Shown here: piece by piece, positions 36,412-50,019 of the stretch
How positions within the stretch are numbered: the first letter of the stretch is position 1
Layout: each line of letters starts with the position of its first letter
DNA from: Trypanosoma brucei
Lineage: Eukaryota
Reading direction: 5' to 3'
Assembly (NCBI GenBank): GCA_000002445.1
Contig: CH464492.1
Coordinates: 96,001 to 160,000, forward strand
Length of the DNA stretch: 64,000 nt
Translations under genes and position numbers: made by a program
Notes under the pieces: generated by a model
What the model was told of the DNA's origin: nothing
What the model saw: only the letters and a program-made list of their open reading frames with translations
Database searches by the model: none

Positions 36412-36839
36412 AAGACGTCTTTACAGAGTTTTATGCTCTTTCCGCACGATACTTTTTTGGCCTTCTTCCTGCTTGTTTGTTTTTGCAAAGCCTTTCTGCT
36501 AGGTGTGTTTTGAGTTTGTTTCCCAGCCAAAAAGGGGGGTACTTATATGGTTGATAAGAGCTGACATAAATGAGAAAATGCCATAATAACACACATTTTT
36601 CATGCCCTAAGCCCACTAGTTTAAAGCATAATTCTACATCATTCATATTTTATATAAATATCAAAATTTTATCTTCTCAAAAATTTCCTCCATTTGCACA
36701 TTTTAGTCAAAAGTAATAAAGCAAAACAAAAATATCAAATTTAAAAAAATGTTAGAAAATTATCTAAAAATACTTAAAATAGAAACCTCACAAAAGCAGT
36801 ATCCATAAAAAAAAACAATTTCTTATTTACGAGAAAAAT

Positions 36840-37562
36840 GTAATCCTTGAAAAAATCAGCCTCCCGTGTGCAGTTTCCAATGCAATCTTTTTAAGGCTTA
36901 TCTTTGCAGTCAGAGCTTTCTTTTCCATTATTTTCTTCACCTTACTTCTTTGTTTTTGTTTCAGGGTCTGGAAAGCATTTTTCACCATCGGGTTTGCCAT
37001 TATCGAAATTTCATCCCGCTTTTGGGAAGGCATACTGCTCAGTGAGTTCCTTGCAGTTATCTTATGATGGCGGTCGGAGTGCGGCTCCTGGATGTTTGTT
37101 GTTTTCCATTTTCGCAGAAAGCTGCTGTAGGTTTACGCTAAGTTGCGTTTCTAGGTGTCCCAACACCACCTAAAGGTCTGTCACGCTCAACAAACCGCCT
37201 AGCTTTTTGCTGCTACCGATTTTTTTATTTAGGTCTGGCACGTCTTCTTCTTCTATTTGGCTTATCAATTCCTTGAGTTTTATGCCTTCATCTGCCAGTT
37301 GCTCTTTGGCTATCATGGTTGTTTCGGTTGTAAGCTTGGCAGTGTCTAGATCCAGTTTTTCTAGGATTATTATTATTTTTATCTCATTCGCCAGCTCTCC
37401 TTGTACATCGCTGCTACCTAGTATATCCTTTTCTATTTCTCTGCTGCTGCTGCTGATTGTGGTTAGTTTAGAGAGTGTTTTATTAGATCGGAGTGTATTG
37501 CCACCTTCTGCGGTGCTTCGGTTGCAGTTAGTGAGAACATTATCCCTCCTCAGATGCTCTGC
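36840..37562 (-). pseudogene. VSG-L, a VSG 3'-half fragment (C-terminal domain region) with several in-frame stops
   Basis: My minus-strand translation reads ...ELANEIKIIIILEKLDLDTAKL...LADEGIKLKELISQIEEEDVPD...NCKELTEQYAFPKAG-stop-NFDNGKPDGEKCFPDPETKTKK-stop-GEENNGKESSDCKDKP. Cys-rich CxFDxG and CFPDPE motifs match the VSG-E C-terminal domain. No N-terminal domain was found upstream. Confidence 0.6.
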
Positions 37563-39119
37563 TTTTAACTTCTAAGATCAACCTAAGCACACTTCCGAAA
37601 TTCCAGTCTATTTCGGTCCGAAATTCTATTAGTTCTCCTCTATTCTCTGTACGTCCCTGATAAAATTCAAACCACACATTCCTTCGATCAATTGGCGTTT
37701 GTTTGCCTTAACACTTAACACGTGGAGAAGCCATAATATGAAGAAAATACAGTTGGTGCACTCTTCTCCACTACTGCATTTATCCGTTTCTGTGTAAATA
37801 AAAAAAAGTGCACCAATTCTCCACGTATCATCTGCCCCTATGGCCTCTATTTGACGCACTGTCTTGTTTCACTATGTATTTGCCCTCCGTGTTTGCCGGT
37901 ATATCTGTTGACTTCTTTTGATACTGCAGTATCTTTATCTGGCCTGCACATGGTCTCCGTCTCTCCCCCATTGTCCCCTTAATAACCTTCTTGTGTAATA
38001 TGATTCCAAACTGCGTGTTTGTTTTTTCAAGTGCGCAATTTTGATTTCCATTCTTACAGTCTAAAAATCATTTGAATATGTCACTTATCACTAGAAATCA
38101 TTGTTTTTTGTCATTTTTTCAACTTGTGACAAGGTTTTTTCTCCACGGAGACTCATAGAAATTATGAAAGATTTTAAAGGTAAATTTTGTTTAACCACTA
38201 GTTTCTACTTTTAATTCTACTCTATATCGATCTATATCTACACCTAAAGCACTTATCATTTATTCCCGGTGCATATTTTCGGAGCGCTTCAAGTTTTGTT
38301 GCTGTTTACACGCAGTGACAAAATAATGCTGTTGCTTTGCCAGTAAACACGCTCTTTAGTACTTGTCACATTTATACTAGTTAAATAGTGATCTTTGTCT
38401 TCTTTTTATCGTAATTTACAGTCACTAGTAAACTCATTTGTTTTAAAGTTTCATGACACGCTGCACTAACGCCGCATCAGTGTGTATTCTAATGTGTATT
38501 TACCGTCTCCTGAAAATTATTAATGTCTGACCAGTATACCAATACCGAATTGGAGGAGTATCATCATTGATTCTCTCCACTTCATAGAGTTATGCCATTA
38601 CATTATGTAAGCGCTACTTAAGCGGTTTCCTCGTCTTTATTCTCCTTTATTTTCGGCGAAAATTCATTAGTAATCCCAGCTTTTAAATTGCCCTCCCCAT
38701 AGTGTTATATTCTTTCGCACAAATATTTTCCAATATTTCTATATCTTATGAAAATAATTCGACATTACTTCATACTTACAAAATCCCTTACCCCATATTC
38801 TGGGCGCGATACTTCTTTACAGCTGTATATTAGGATAAAAAGTCAAATTAAAAAGGAGTAACTATTATCCGTAAACTGGCGCCTATCCACTTTCAGTAAA
38901 ATGTGGAGCACAACATCCTCTCGTATCGTTGTGTAGTTTGCTGTGCATTTCTTTTGACTCACCTTCAATTCTGTTATTTTACCTGCTGTCGCTACGAGTC
39001 TACGAGGCTTGACTAGGGTTCCCACCTGCTTGATAATCATGAAATCGTGCATATTCCATCTCTATTTGTTTCTCTCTGTCTGCCTTCACTTTAATAATAT
39101 TCCTTTTGCTCTCACTCAC

Positions 39120-39265
39120 TCCTATCATTATTATTATTATCATCATTATTATTATTATTACTGTCATTATTATTATCATTATTACTATCATTACTGCTCT
39201 TATTATAATATTCGTATATGCACACTCACAACAGTCCCCTATTATTTATTATTATTATATCACAA
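39120..39265 (-). repeat. 70-bp-repeat unit preceded by a long (ATT/ATC/ACT)n tract, forming the upstream boundary of the VSG-L/VSG-M region
   Basis: CATTACTGCTCTTATTATAATATTCGTATATGCACACTCACAACAGTCCCCTATTATTTATTATT, preceded by about 80 bp of triplet repeats. Confidence 0.85.
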
Positions 39266-39416
39266 AAAACATGCATAAAAGACTTAATAAACTAAATAAA
39301 AGAAATTAGAATCCACTCATTTTCAAATCTTATCGGCTTACTACTTTGAACCCATACACTCTCATACAATTTTTTTTCGAAAACTTTTCATATTTTCACT
39401 AATTTACTTACTTTCA

Positions 39417-40963
39417 TCAAAAAGTGTTAAAATATATCAAATAGCAAAATTTTATCAAACGAAAAATTCTTTTTAAAGGGAGGGGTAAAATTTTAAAAAA
39501 GAAAAAAGCAAGCCAAAGAGGGGAAGCTTTGATGAGAAAAGAATTGCTTCCTTTGGTGTTTGTGGTTTTACCATCATTCTCTGCTTTCACCTCGTCTTCT
39601 TCATCTTTAGGTTTGCAAGTTCCTTTGTCTTCGGTACCTTCCCATTTGCATTTATTCTCTTTGCTGCACTCATCTTTCTTTTTGTCATTACAGATCGCTT
39701 CTGAGGTTTTATAAATTGTAACAATTGCTTTTTCTGTTTGTTTTTTTAGGATTTGGCCTTGCAAATATGTAATTGCCTTTGCAAAGGTTTCCGGTTGACA
39801 CAAAAAGCTTATTGGTTTCGCTTCGGCTGCGTCCCCGAGCTTGACAGTTAGCTCACTGCTGCGCAATTCTTTCAAGAATCTCTTATTGTATGCCTCCCCT
39901 TTGTCGCCGAAGTATCGGTTGAGGAGCCTGGTTAGCAATTCGCCCTTCGGCGCATCGCTTAGCTTGCTTGTGCCTGGGTTGTCAGATAGCAAGTTTCTAG
40001 CCAGTTCTGCTATCTGTGAGTCGCTCTTTAAGGCTTCGATTGTTAACGTAGCGAGGTCTAACTCTGGCTTGTTAAGTGTTACTTGCAGCTCGTGAAGGAC
40101 TTTGGCGATTTGCTTACCTGTGAGTTCGGCTGCAGGGTAGTCGTTCTCTGTTGCGGTCGCATCCTTGTTGCTTGCGTCGTCTAGTTTGTGGATGCTTGCC
40201 TGCGGTGCTTGTGCTTTGTTTTTTGGCTGTTTGCCTGGTTGTAATTTGAATGATTGTTGTGCTGTGCTGTCTGTTTTGCAGACTTGACCGTTGCCGTCGC
40301 TAGCTGTCGTCCAGCTGGCGCCGCCTCCCACCTTAAAGTTCAGAATTCTCTCCTCTACGTGTTTATCGGCGTCTAACTCATCGAGTAGAGTGATATGTGT
40401 AGCCGTCCGCAACAGCTGTCTGATGGTGTCGGCAGCCGCAGACTCCTTTGCTGTTGCAGTGCAGCTTGGGCCAGTTGTTGCGGCCGGGCTGATCTTGATC
40501 TCGCACGGGGCTGAGTTTGCCGTTACGGAAGTTGTGGCCGATGCTGGGATCGTTGCGGGGTGTGCCATGACGACACCCTGGACTCGGCTTAGATAGTTTA
40601 TTCGTGCTGCGATCACCGCTGATGCTTTTTCAGCTGCCGTTGTCGCCGCAACCCTGTTAGAAATCCGTTGAAGTGTCGCTTTTTCATCGATAGCCATAAG
40701 CAACTTGTATGCCTTTTTTGAATTTATGTCGTCGGTTGCGGCTGCCGCAAGCTTCCATGCGCACAGCTGTTTGTTTTTTTCTTCAACGCCTTCGTATGCC
40801 TTCAGTACTACGATTCGGATGGCTGTGACCGTGTTAGTTAGGAATTTTCGTTCCGTGCACTAGTTGTCGCTCTCAAAAGCAATTGTGTTTGTTTTGTCTT
40901 CACCTGCTGTCGATATTGTCGCCGCTAGCATAAAAGCCAGAGTTAGGCTTGCTATTGTAGTAA
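39417..40963 (-). pseudogene. VSG-M, a VSG pseudogene with an in-frame stop right after the signal peptide and stop-loss in the GPI signal
   Basis: My translation from the ATG near 40963 gives MITTIASLTLAFMLAATISTAGEDKTNTIAFESDN-stop. The ORF 39417-40703 continues ...NKCKWEGTEDKGTCKPKDEEDEVKAENDGKTTNTKGSNSFLIKASPLWLAFFFF and reads through the 3'UTR across the 16-mer (a T-homopolymer length difference). Confidence 0.8.
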
Positions 40964-42366
40964 TCATGTTTTAAGGTCGCTGCCTTAGGGACTAGCTTTG
41001 CTGTGACGGAAACGTTCCGCTATTTATCCATGTTGTGCGAAAATGAACACTTATAGACGTTACAAAATCGAATCTCTGACAAAAACACAATCAATATTTG
41101 TCATAAAAGAAATGCTGGTTTTTTCGTTTGCTGTGGTGTCAATAAAAAAGTGGCTAAAAAATTATTATATGCACATAATCACTATAAATGGCTTTTTTGC
41201 TCATATTTTCAACTCACAAAACGATTGGTTTCACTGTAGAACCTTACGGTCACCAAGATATATATTTTGAACCTAAATGTTGTTTTTCAACAATGTTCGT
41301 GCTTTACTGCTCAACCCATATCGATCTATATCTATATCTATTGCATCTATTATGTATGGTCGGTGTGTGGTTTTAATACCGGTTGGCTCCTGTAGCGTCG
41401 GTGTATCTTTAAAAACGGTATAACGGTGACGTTTTTCCGTATGCATGGCGTTGATTATTTTGCAGTGTTTTCCTGGTTTGTTGTCAGTCACTTTAACTTT
41501 TTAGGCAGTTGAGTCTCTAAATGGACTCATTTGTTTTCGCATTTGTGTTCATTCCCCATTATTTCTTCGTTAGTTTGTATTTTTATGTGAATTATTCGCT
41601 CTTTGAATGGGTTCAACTTTTTTCCACTGAACCAGCAGATGAGAGATGCAGCTTCATTTGAAACCTTTGTTACATCACACAAAGTTCCTCAGCTGTTTTA
41701 TGTGTTATTTTAAGTTGTTTTAACGTCTTTATTCTCCTCTTAAGCTTCATTGAAAGCCACTTATTTTCCATTCTTAAAAGTATTTCTTTCCTATAACATT
41801 ATGTTTTCTGCCACAAATGGTTGCTATTATTAATATATCTGATAAAAATAAGGCTTCGAAATTGCGTCAAACTTACTCAAGACATTCCTCCTTCCTATTT
41901 TATTTCTTTTACTTTACAGAAGAATATTATGATCGGCCATCCGATTTTAAACTGCAGTAATCAGCATTATCATCGCCGTATCGTCTATTCATTTTTGTGA
42001 AAAACAAGAAGCATCATCTTTTGCTGATGTATCATTTATTTCTATGTTGTGCTGTAGAATCCTCTATCGTTTCTTTCAATATTCTTTTCCCTTCTTTTAG
42101 TTTGATGCAGCTGTCATATCACTAACGCAGCAACCCCATTTTTTCTGCTCGATTTTCTTTACCTCTCCCTCATCATCTCCTCCACAAAAAATCTCTGCCT
42201 CTGTCATGACACGCATCGCCATTTTTGTGCATGAAAACTGCGCATACTCTACCTTCCTTTTTTCTTTTTTTAATGTTCCTCAATATAATATATTATTTCC
42301 ATCAAAGCCTTTACATTGTTTTTAGTAAATTTATTTTACGCCCATTTTGTCCTTACCACAGCTCCC

Positions 42367-42435
42367 ATAATAATACTAGTATACAGACGCACAACACACC
42401 CATATCACTACCATTATTATGACTATCATAACCTA
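42367..42435 (-). repeat. Degenerate 70-bp-repeat remnant upstream of VSG-M
   Basis: CATAATAATACTAGTATACAGACGCACAACACACCCATATCACTACCATTATTATG. Confidence 0.5.
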
Positions 42436-42639
42436 GTTAACATAAATAAAATAAGAAAACAAACAAATGAGAACACCACTCATTTTTCATACTCTTCCAC
42501 TTTACTACCTTTCACCTATTAACCATCATCATGCATATTTTACTTACTATAGTTATTTTACTTATCTAAATTACAATTACTAAAAACTTTCAAGTGTTAT
42601 AGAAAAATTATCACAAATGTAATACTGTCTTCAAAACAA

Positions 42640-42844
42640 AGCTCATAAAGGAAGAAACAATTAGTTACAAATTTTTTATTTACAATAATAGTGAAATCCT
42701 TACAGGAGTGACTTTCCCATTTTCACCTATTTTTACAATCCCTCTCCAGTTTACCCTTATATTTACCTGTTGTTGTTTCGGTTAACGTAGTTTGAGGTAG
42801 TGCTAAAAAGACTGCATTCTCGTTGATTTGCCATGCATTATATT
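42640..42844 (-). pseudogene. VSG 3'-end remnant (distal C-terminal domain, GPI signal and 3'UTR) truncated by ingi#2
   Basis: The minus strand reads ...CKDFTIIVNKKFVTNCFFLYELCF followed by a 3'UTR-like ...CAAAGCTCATAAAGGAAGAAACAATTAG. The sequence is the same type as the 3' flanks of the other VSGs at 28080-28170 and 50030-50110. The VSG body is absent on both sides of the ingi pair. Confidence 0.5.
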
Positions 42845-45800
42845 CCCTGCTAATGCCGGCCACCTCAACGTGGTGCCAGGGTCCAGTACCCCGTATCATC
42901 GGGGGAAGCGAAGAGCCAGCAGCGTTCCTTTCATGGGGAACAATGCTGTGCTCCGGCTACGGCATCATACAGCACAGGGATCAGCAGCGTCTTGCTGGGA
43001 CACCGTTCTTCATTTGTCGGTCCCTGGGCACGTGCCAGCGTGTCATCAGCAGTATCATACGCACTAAGATGCTGCTGTCCGGTGATGTGGAAGAGAATCC
43101 CGGCCCGTCGTTGCGCGGGATGCAGTGGAACTCCGCCGCGCTATCTCAAGGAAAGAGATTAGCACTCCACAAAACCCTTGTTGATGAGCGGATCGCCTTT
43201 TGTCTGTTGAGCGAGACAAGGATGACGCCTGGAGAGGCGGCTTGCTTTAGCGTTGCTGGCTACCAACATCACGGAATAGCTCGTAACTGCAAAGGAGGTG
43301 GTGTATCAATACTAGTGAGGGAGGACCTACCAGTCGAGACAGGTATGACCGTTGTTGGTCGCATTGAACAAGTGCATGGAACAATTCACCTTGCACGTGG
43401 AACGGCGCTGACTGTCACGTCGGCATACATCCCACCAAAACACACCTTCACGGAAACTGACCTAGATACGCTTCTGACGACTGACGGTGCCAAGCTCATC
43501 GGTGCAGACGCTAACGCACACTCGTTGGCATGGGATCGCGCGAGCTCACCAAATACCAAGGGTGAAAACCTCACACAGTGGTGCATTGACAACCAGTTTC
43601 TGGTCTGCAACACTGGTGAGTGCACCAGGTACGCACGCCACCACGGGGAGTCCACCCCTGATGTGACACTGTCAAGGAATTGCACAGTGTACGTGGACAT
43701 CGCTGTATTCTCCCGATAGCGATCACCATCACATATTTTTCGACGTTATCGTTGGAGACGGCACAGATGCACTGAGTTGCCCGCAGCTTCGAAAGCCCAT
43801 GTACGCATGGCTAAAAGCTGACTGGAGGAATTTCCGCCTCAAGGTTGACGAGCTCTGCAGGAAAATTGTTAGAGAGAAGAACGTCAACACCATGGAACAG
43901 AAATTGTGCTCCGCCATCCGCATTGCGACGAAGGTCTCCGTCCCCCGTGGCTGCAGAGCAACGCCACCACATTGGACACCTGAGCTCGCGAAACTCGATG
44001 AAGAGATCGCTGGATGAGGACCTTTCCACCGAAGGGAAAAGTTGGTAGCCACGCGTAAGCAGATTCTGGACCGTACCACAAAGAAGAGATGGAGCACGCT
44101 ATGCTCCAGACTTGCGGTGTCAGACTGCTGCAGTTGGCACATTGTCAAGAAGGTATATGCGCCACGACCACTAACCACATTGGCTGTACTAGTTGATAAC
44201 GCGGCCATCACGGACTACCGTCAAGCTGAGAGGTTCATTAAACTGTACTCGTCTTGCGCAAGAAGGCACCCCGACTCACACCCACCGGCACACATAAAGA
44301 CGATAGCGAGTGAGTTCAGTCCCATCACGATGGCTGAACTACGGAGATCGATCAAACTGCTACCGAGTGGATCCGCAGCCGGACCTGATTGCTTATACAA
44401 CAAGGCACTGCAACATCTCGGTAGAACAGCGCTGAATGTTGTTCTGAGGCTATTCAATGAGAGCCTACGAACGGGAGTCGTGCCGCCTGCATGGAAGACT
44501 GGTGTTATCATCCCCATCCTGAAGGCCGGAAAAAAGGCGGAGGACCTCGATTCTTACAGGCCTGTGACGCTCACGAGCTGTATCTGCAAAGTCATGGAGC
44601 GCATAATTGCCGCGAGGCTTAGAGACACTGTTGAGTCCCATCTGACACCGCAGCAATCAGGCTTTTGCCCCGGATGCTCAACGCTCGAACAACTCCTGCA
44701 CCTCCGCGCTGCCCTCTGCCGTCCCACGCACCAATATCGTACGGGTGCTGTATTCGTTGACTAAGAGAAGGGATTTGATACAGTAGACGACGACAAAATT
44801 GCGAGGGAAATGCACAGAATGAAGGTATCACCCTACATTGTGAAGTGGTGCGTATGATTTCTGAGTAACCGAACTGGCAGAGTGAGATTCAAGGAGAAGC
44901 TTTCCAGAAGCAGAACATTTGAGCGAGGAGTGCCACAAGGAACTGTCCTTGGCCCAATCATGTTCATTATTGTCATGAACTCGTTGAGCCAACGCCTTGC
45001 AGAAGTGCCGTTGCTGCAGCACGGATTCTTTGCAGACGACCTGACGCTACTTGCGAGGCACACAGAGAGGGATGTCATCAACCACACACTACAATGCGGC
45101 CTAAACGTGGTGTTACAGTGGTCAAAAGAGTACTTCATGTCTGTCAACGTAGCGAAAACGAAGTGCACACTCTTCGGGTGTATAGAGCGCCACCCCCTTA
45201 CATTACAATGGACGGCGAAAGAATAGGAGCTGACAGGACACCGAAGCTTCTAGGAGTAACATTCCAGTGTCTGCAAGGGATGGCAACGCATGCGGCAGAA
45301 ACGAGACGCAAGATGGACTTCCTACTACTGCAGATAGCAGCCATCTCAGCTTCTACATGGGGGCCAAGACGACAAGTACTGAGAGCTTTTTATCTAGCAC
45401 TCGTACAGGCACACACCATGTATGGCATTGAGGTATGGTACTGGGACGCTTCGGAACGAAGTCGCGACCTCCTTGCAGCAGCACAACACAAGGTCAGTCG
45501 CATCATAGCCGGCATACCGCATGGGACGCGCAAAGAGGACTGTCTGCTGGAAGCAAACCTCCTGCCACTCAAGACGGCTACTCTTGTGCGCAGCATGAAA
45601 TTCACGCTGATGTGTGGGTCACGAGGCGGATGTTTGCGGCGCAGTGCTGAGGAAGCATATCACAGCAAACACCCAGTCAGAGCCCTACATTCCCGCATCA
45701 TGCGGTCCTACCTTCACCTCCGCATTGAGCCACGCGAAAACCCACTAGAGACATCGACGCTCCGCCACAGCTGCCGACCGCTATTTCACACGCAGATAAA

Positions 45801-48089
45801 GCCTGTGTGCGCTGATGACTCTAACAATGTCAAAAGGGAGGCTTCCGAAAAGTGGATTGAACGGCATTTTGCACGGAGGGGGAAGGAGCCACCGCGACGA
45901 GAGCACTACGAATTGTGGACTGATGGATCTTTGTCCCTCGGTGAGAAGTTCGGAGCAGCTGCCCTGCTCTATAGAAACAACACGCTGATTTGCGCACCCA
46001 AGACCGGAGCAGGGGAACTCTCATGAAGTTACAGAGCGGAATGCGTAGCATTAGAGATAGGACTGCAACGGCTGCTGAAATGGGTTCCGGCATACAGAAG
46101 CACACCGAGCAGGTTGTCCATCTTCTCTGACTCGCTGTCAATGTTAACAGCATTGCAGACAGGCCCCCTAGCCGTAACGGACCCAATTCTGAGACGACTA
46201 TGGAGGCTTCTGCTTCAAGTTCAGAGAAGGAAGATACGTATCCGACTGCAATTTTTGTTTGGCCATTGTGGCGTGAAACGGAATGAGGTTTGCGATGAAA
46301 TGGCCAAAAAGGCCGCTGATTTACCACAGTTGCGAGACACATGGGTCCCCGACATCATTGCTTATGCGAAGCGAGTGCTTAGGTCGGAAGAAGTCCATGA
46401 GAACACTCATAGGTTTGGTATCACGTGCAACCACTTTCCAACAAAACATAAAGAAGAACTGACGAGGGAAGAAGAAACGGCACTGGCACGCTTTCGGGTT
46501 GGGTCTTCAAGACACTATGGATGGATGTTGCGAAAGATCAACCCGAGTGTGCCTCCACAGTGCAGATGGTGCAACCCGCAACATGCAGCGATAAGGCCAA
46601 CAATACAAACAGTCCCAACTGTTGCGACACGCACTCTTCAGAGAACCTCCGAATTGACCAAATGTACGGAATGTGATGCCACATACCAATGCCGCTCGAG
46701 TGCTGTAACGCATATGGTAAACAAACATGGTTTTGTGCGAGCTGATGCCCTCCGGAGGATCAAATACGGCGATGCAACACCTGCAGTGGACATCCCCCCG
46801 GAGCCCCCTCCAGTGGTGGCGATCGTTCCTCTACCATGGAGCACACAAGTCCCGATGAGACCACAGGTTCTTCATTGTACCATCTGTGCCTCCATATTCG
46901 CAGTGCCAGGCCGACTATTACACCACCTTAGAACAATACATGGCATAGGCAGCGGTAGTTGCCGCGTGAAAAGGCGACAAGAGAACGAGGACTCAGTGCA
47001 AGGAGATGGTAGCGTCCCAGCAGCGCCAGCCTCTCAGGATACACGGAAGCTGCCGTTTCAATGTGACCTGTGCGAGGCGAGCTTCGGTACACCCTCTTCC
47101 CTGTCACTACACAAGAAATTCAAACATAAGAGCATAGTGACGGAGGACGGTACTGTGGTGTTGCTGCAAATCCCTCGTAAGCGTGCCCTTTAGGGAAACG
47201 TTGACGTGCCGGGGAAGGGCGAGGTGCAGTGTGGTGTGTGCCAAAAAGTGCTCAGTTGCAGGGACTCCCTCATCTGACACTGTAAGGCTTTCCACAAAGG
47301 TGAGGAAGTGGAGCTTAAATGCAGCAAAAGCACAAAATTGTGTGCCACTGATTCCCCGCATACAAACGCATCCATGTTTGTGTGCCAGACATGCGGAAGG
47401 CAGTGTGCTAGCAAAACTGGCCTCACCCTACATCAAAAGAAGATGCACGGTATGAAGGTAGAGCGCGCTGTTACAAGCCAACGCGGCGACTGCGAAGAAA
47501 CGTCGCTGCACTTGATGAGCTGTCCCGGTTTGAAGGAGTTACGTGTCAGGTTTGCGGTAGAAGGTGTGTGTGCAGGATATATGTTTTTCTAAAAGGCTGG
47601 CGCAGTTTCTCATTGCGGTTGAACGGAGCCTGCCGCAGGTGAAGTCCTTACCTAATGTAACAGTCATACAACCCACTCTCCCTTCTACAACTTCCCCCCT
47701 TATTGCCGAGAGTGGAGCTAGCAGGAAAAGCACCAACCGCAGGAATACTCCAGACACCCTCAGAGACAGAGGGGGTATGCAGTCAACAAGCAACAAAAAC
47801 AGAAAGAGGGAGAGAGAATAATAAACGAATAACAAAAAACAAAACAAAAGGATTGCTAATTGACATCTTCGGGAGAGTCCGGGGTGGGAAGCTTCTCGCC
47901 CCATCTGCTGTATTCCGTTCAACTGCGGAGCTACAACAAAAAATTATAGAGTGTGTTAGGCTGAATAAAAAAGGGAGACTCTGCCACAGTCGTGAGACCG
48001 ATAGCATCTCAGGGCTCTACGGTGATGGCTGATGGCCGCGCCAGTGGGGGGAAACTTTCACGAAGGCACGAAGAAAATTCAAAAAAAAA
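42845..48089 (+). mobile_element. ingi: ingi#2, a full-length ingi retroposon (5245 bp) with an A9 tail, multiply frameshifted and with no target-site duplication
   Basis: The 5' end is CCCTGCTAATGCCGGCCACCTCAACGTGGTGCCAGGG and the element is about 98% identical to ingi#1 along its length. The ORF is split into at least six pieces (42823-43719, 44042-44764, 44882-45226, 45094-46026, 46114-47193, 47308-47592). The 2A motif is at 43084-43107. Confidence 0.95.
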
Positions 48090-48670
48090 TGCCGACGTGA
48101 CAGTCAGCGCAGTTCCACGTGCAAGGTGAATTGTTGCATGCACTTGTTCAATGCGACCAACAACTGTCATACCGGTCTCGACTGGTAGGTCCTCCCTCAC
48201 TAGTATTGATACACCACCTCCTTTGCAGTTACGAGCTATTCCGTGATGTTGGTAGCCAGCAACGCTAAAGCAAGCCGCCTCTCCAGGCGTCATCCTTGTC
48301 TCGCTCAACAGACAAAAGGCGATCCGCTCATCAACAAGGGTTTTGTGGAGTGCTAATCTCTTTCCTTGAGATAGCCCGGCGCAGTTCCACTGTATCCCGC
48401 GCAACGACGGGCCGGGATTCTCTTCCACATCACCGGACAGCAGCATCTTAGTGCGTATGATACTGCTGATGGCACGCTGGCACGTGCCCAGGGACCGACA
48501 AATGAAAAACGGTGTCCCAGCAAGACGCTGCTGATCCCTGTGCTGTATGATGCCGTTGCCGGAGCAAAGCAGTGTTCCCCATGAGAGGAACGCTGCTGGG
48601 TCTTGGCTTCCTTAGATGAGACGGGGTACTGGACCCTGGCACCACGTTGAGGCGGCCAGCATTAGCAGGG
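48090..48670 (-). mobile_element. ingi: ingi#3, the inverted 5' 580 bp of an ingi (RIME-left half, 2A motif and start of the AP endonuclease domain) abutting the ingi#2 poly(A)
   Basis: The minus-strand 5' end CCCCTGCTAATGCTGGCCGCCTCAACGTGGTGCCAGGGTCCAG lies at 48670. ORF 48009-48446 begins MLLSGDVEENPGPSLRGIQWNCAGLSQGKRLALHK. The fragment breaks at the equivalent of ingi position about 585, directly against the ingi#2 A-tail. Confidence 0.9.
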
Positions 48671-49697
48671 GGTTTGCCTCAAACATTCCAACATAGAAAG
48701 GTGTTAGGGGTGAATGAAACACGTATGGGCGGTGGTTTAGCTTTTGTGTCTTCTGTTGTAAATGTTCATTAAATTGTGTTCTGCTACCGCCGCCTCGTTT
48801 GTAACCTATTAATCTTCATTTAAAGTTCGTTTTTTATACCTTTTGCTCACTTCACTATAAAAATAAAACAAAAATTTTCTTTTCCTTAATCCCTTTTTCA
48901 CATCTGTTGAGTATAAGGGAAACTGAGGTTCACTGTTAATATAATGCATGGTAATACAATAAAGTTCTTGTTTCGTTTGTTTTCGGTATATTGATTTATA
49001 GTTCTGTTTATTTTTGGCTTTACCACATTGTTCAAGGTTTGTGCCATCATTAAGCTACTTTTGTGCCGCTGCTTCATCGTCTCAATGGTTCTGCATCAGT
49101 AAAAGTCTTACATAAATTGTGAATTCTTACCTTATTAATTTTTATATGTACACCCATATGGAATCTGGGGTGTATTACAATCAACTCATCTTCATCACTA
49201 AGCCATATTGCAGCTCTTCTATGTGATATTTTACGGACTTTTCAATTCTTACTCTTCTTTCGACGTTCATTGTAATCCATTGATAGTTCTTGTTTTAAAA
49301 TTCCCCTCCAAATAAAATTACTATATTTGTGCCTCACATTTTATACATTATTACTATATATGATGATATGAAAACTTTAATATAACCTCACACCTACACA
49401 CTTCTTTCTTCTTCCTGCTCTATTTTCCGCTTTTTTTCAGATAGTAATTAATTTACACCACCATAATCAAAATCAACAGTTACAGACATCACCTCCGTTG
49501 CATTTATCAATTTTTAAATCAAATAGCGTAGATAATTACTTCTTCTTTTCTTAATCTTGGTGCATATATTTTTCCACCGTGTTGTGTTGTATCGTATTGT
49601 GTCATTTCATTTTATATTTTCCCTCTTTTTCGCTTTCTTTTACTGCTTTATGAGATGACGTGCCACTCCATTTGAACGGCACACAATACTGGCTTGT

Positions 49698-49790
49698 CAT
49701 TACTATTATTCCTATTACTGCTTTTATTATAATATTCGTATATACTCACACTCACAACACTCTTCTATCATTATTATTATTATTATAACC
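49698..49790 (-). repeat. 70-bp-repeat unit bounding a cassette slot that now holds only ingi#2 and ingi#3
   Basis: CATTACTATTATTCCTATTACTGCTTTTATTATAATATTCGTATATACTCACACTCACAACACTCTTCTATCATTATTATTATTATT. Confidence 0.85.
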
Positions 49791-50019
49791 TTTACTATTA
49801 TTAGTAAAATCAGCGAAATAAACAAAATATAAAAGTATTTAATTATCACACCCTATTACCTTACTAGTTTACATTCAAAGTACACAATCATATATATTTC
49901 AAAAATTTATAATCTTGTCAAAAAGTGTCAAAATATATCATATTTTTAGAAAACTTCATACAATTGCAAATTTTCATAACATTTCATGTAATTCAGAATA
50001 ATCCTTAATCCCTTAAAAT

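Noticed and set aside
36827-37033. ORF 36827-37033 (minus) as an independent small gene
   Set aside because: It is an out-of-frame read across the decayed VSG-L C-terminal-domain region. The VSG-like frame with CFPDPE and CKFDNG motifs is a different frame.
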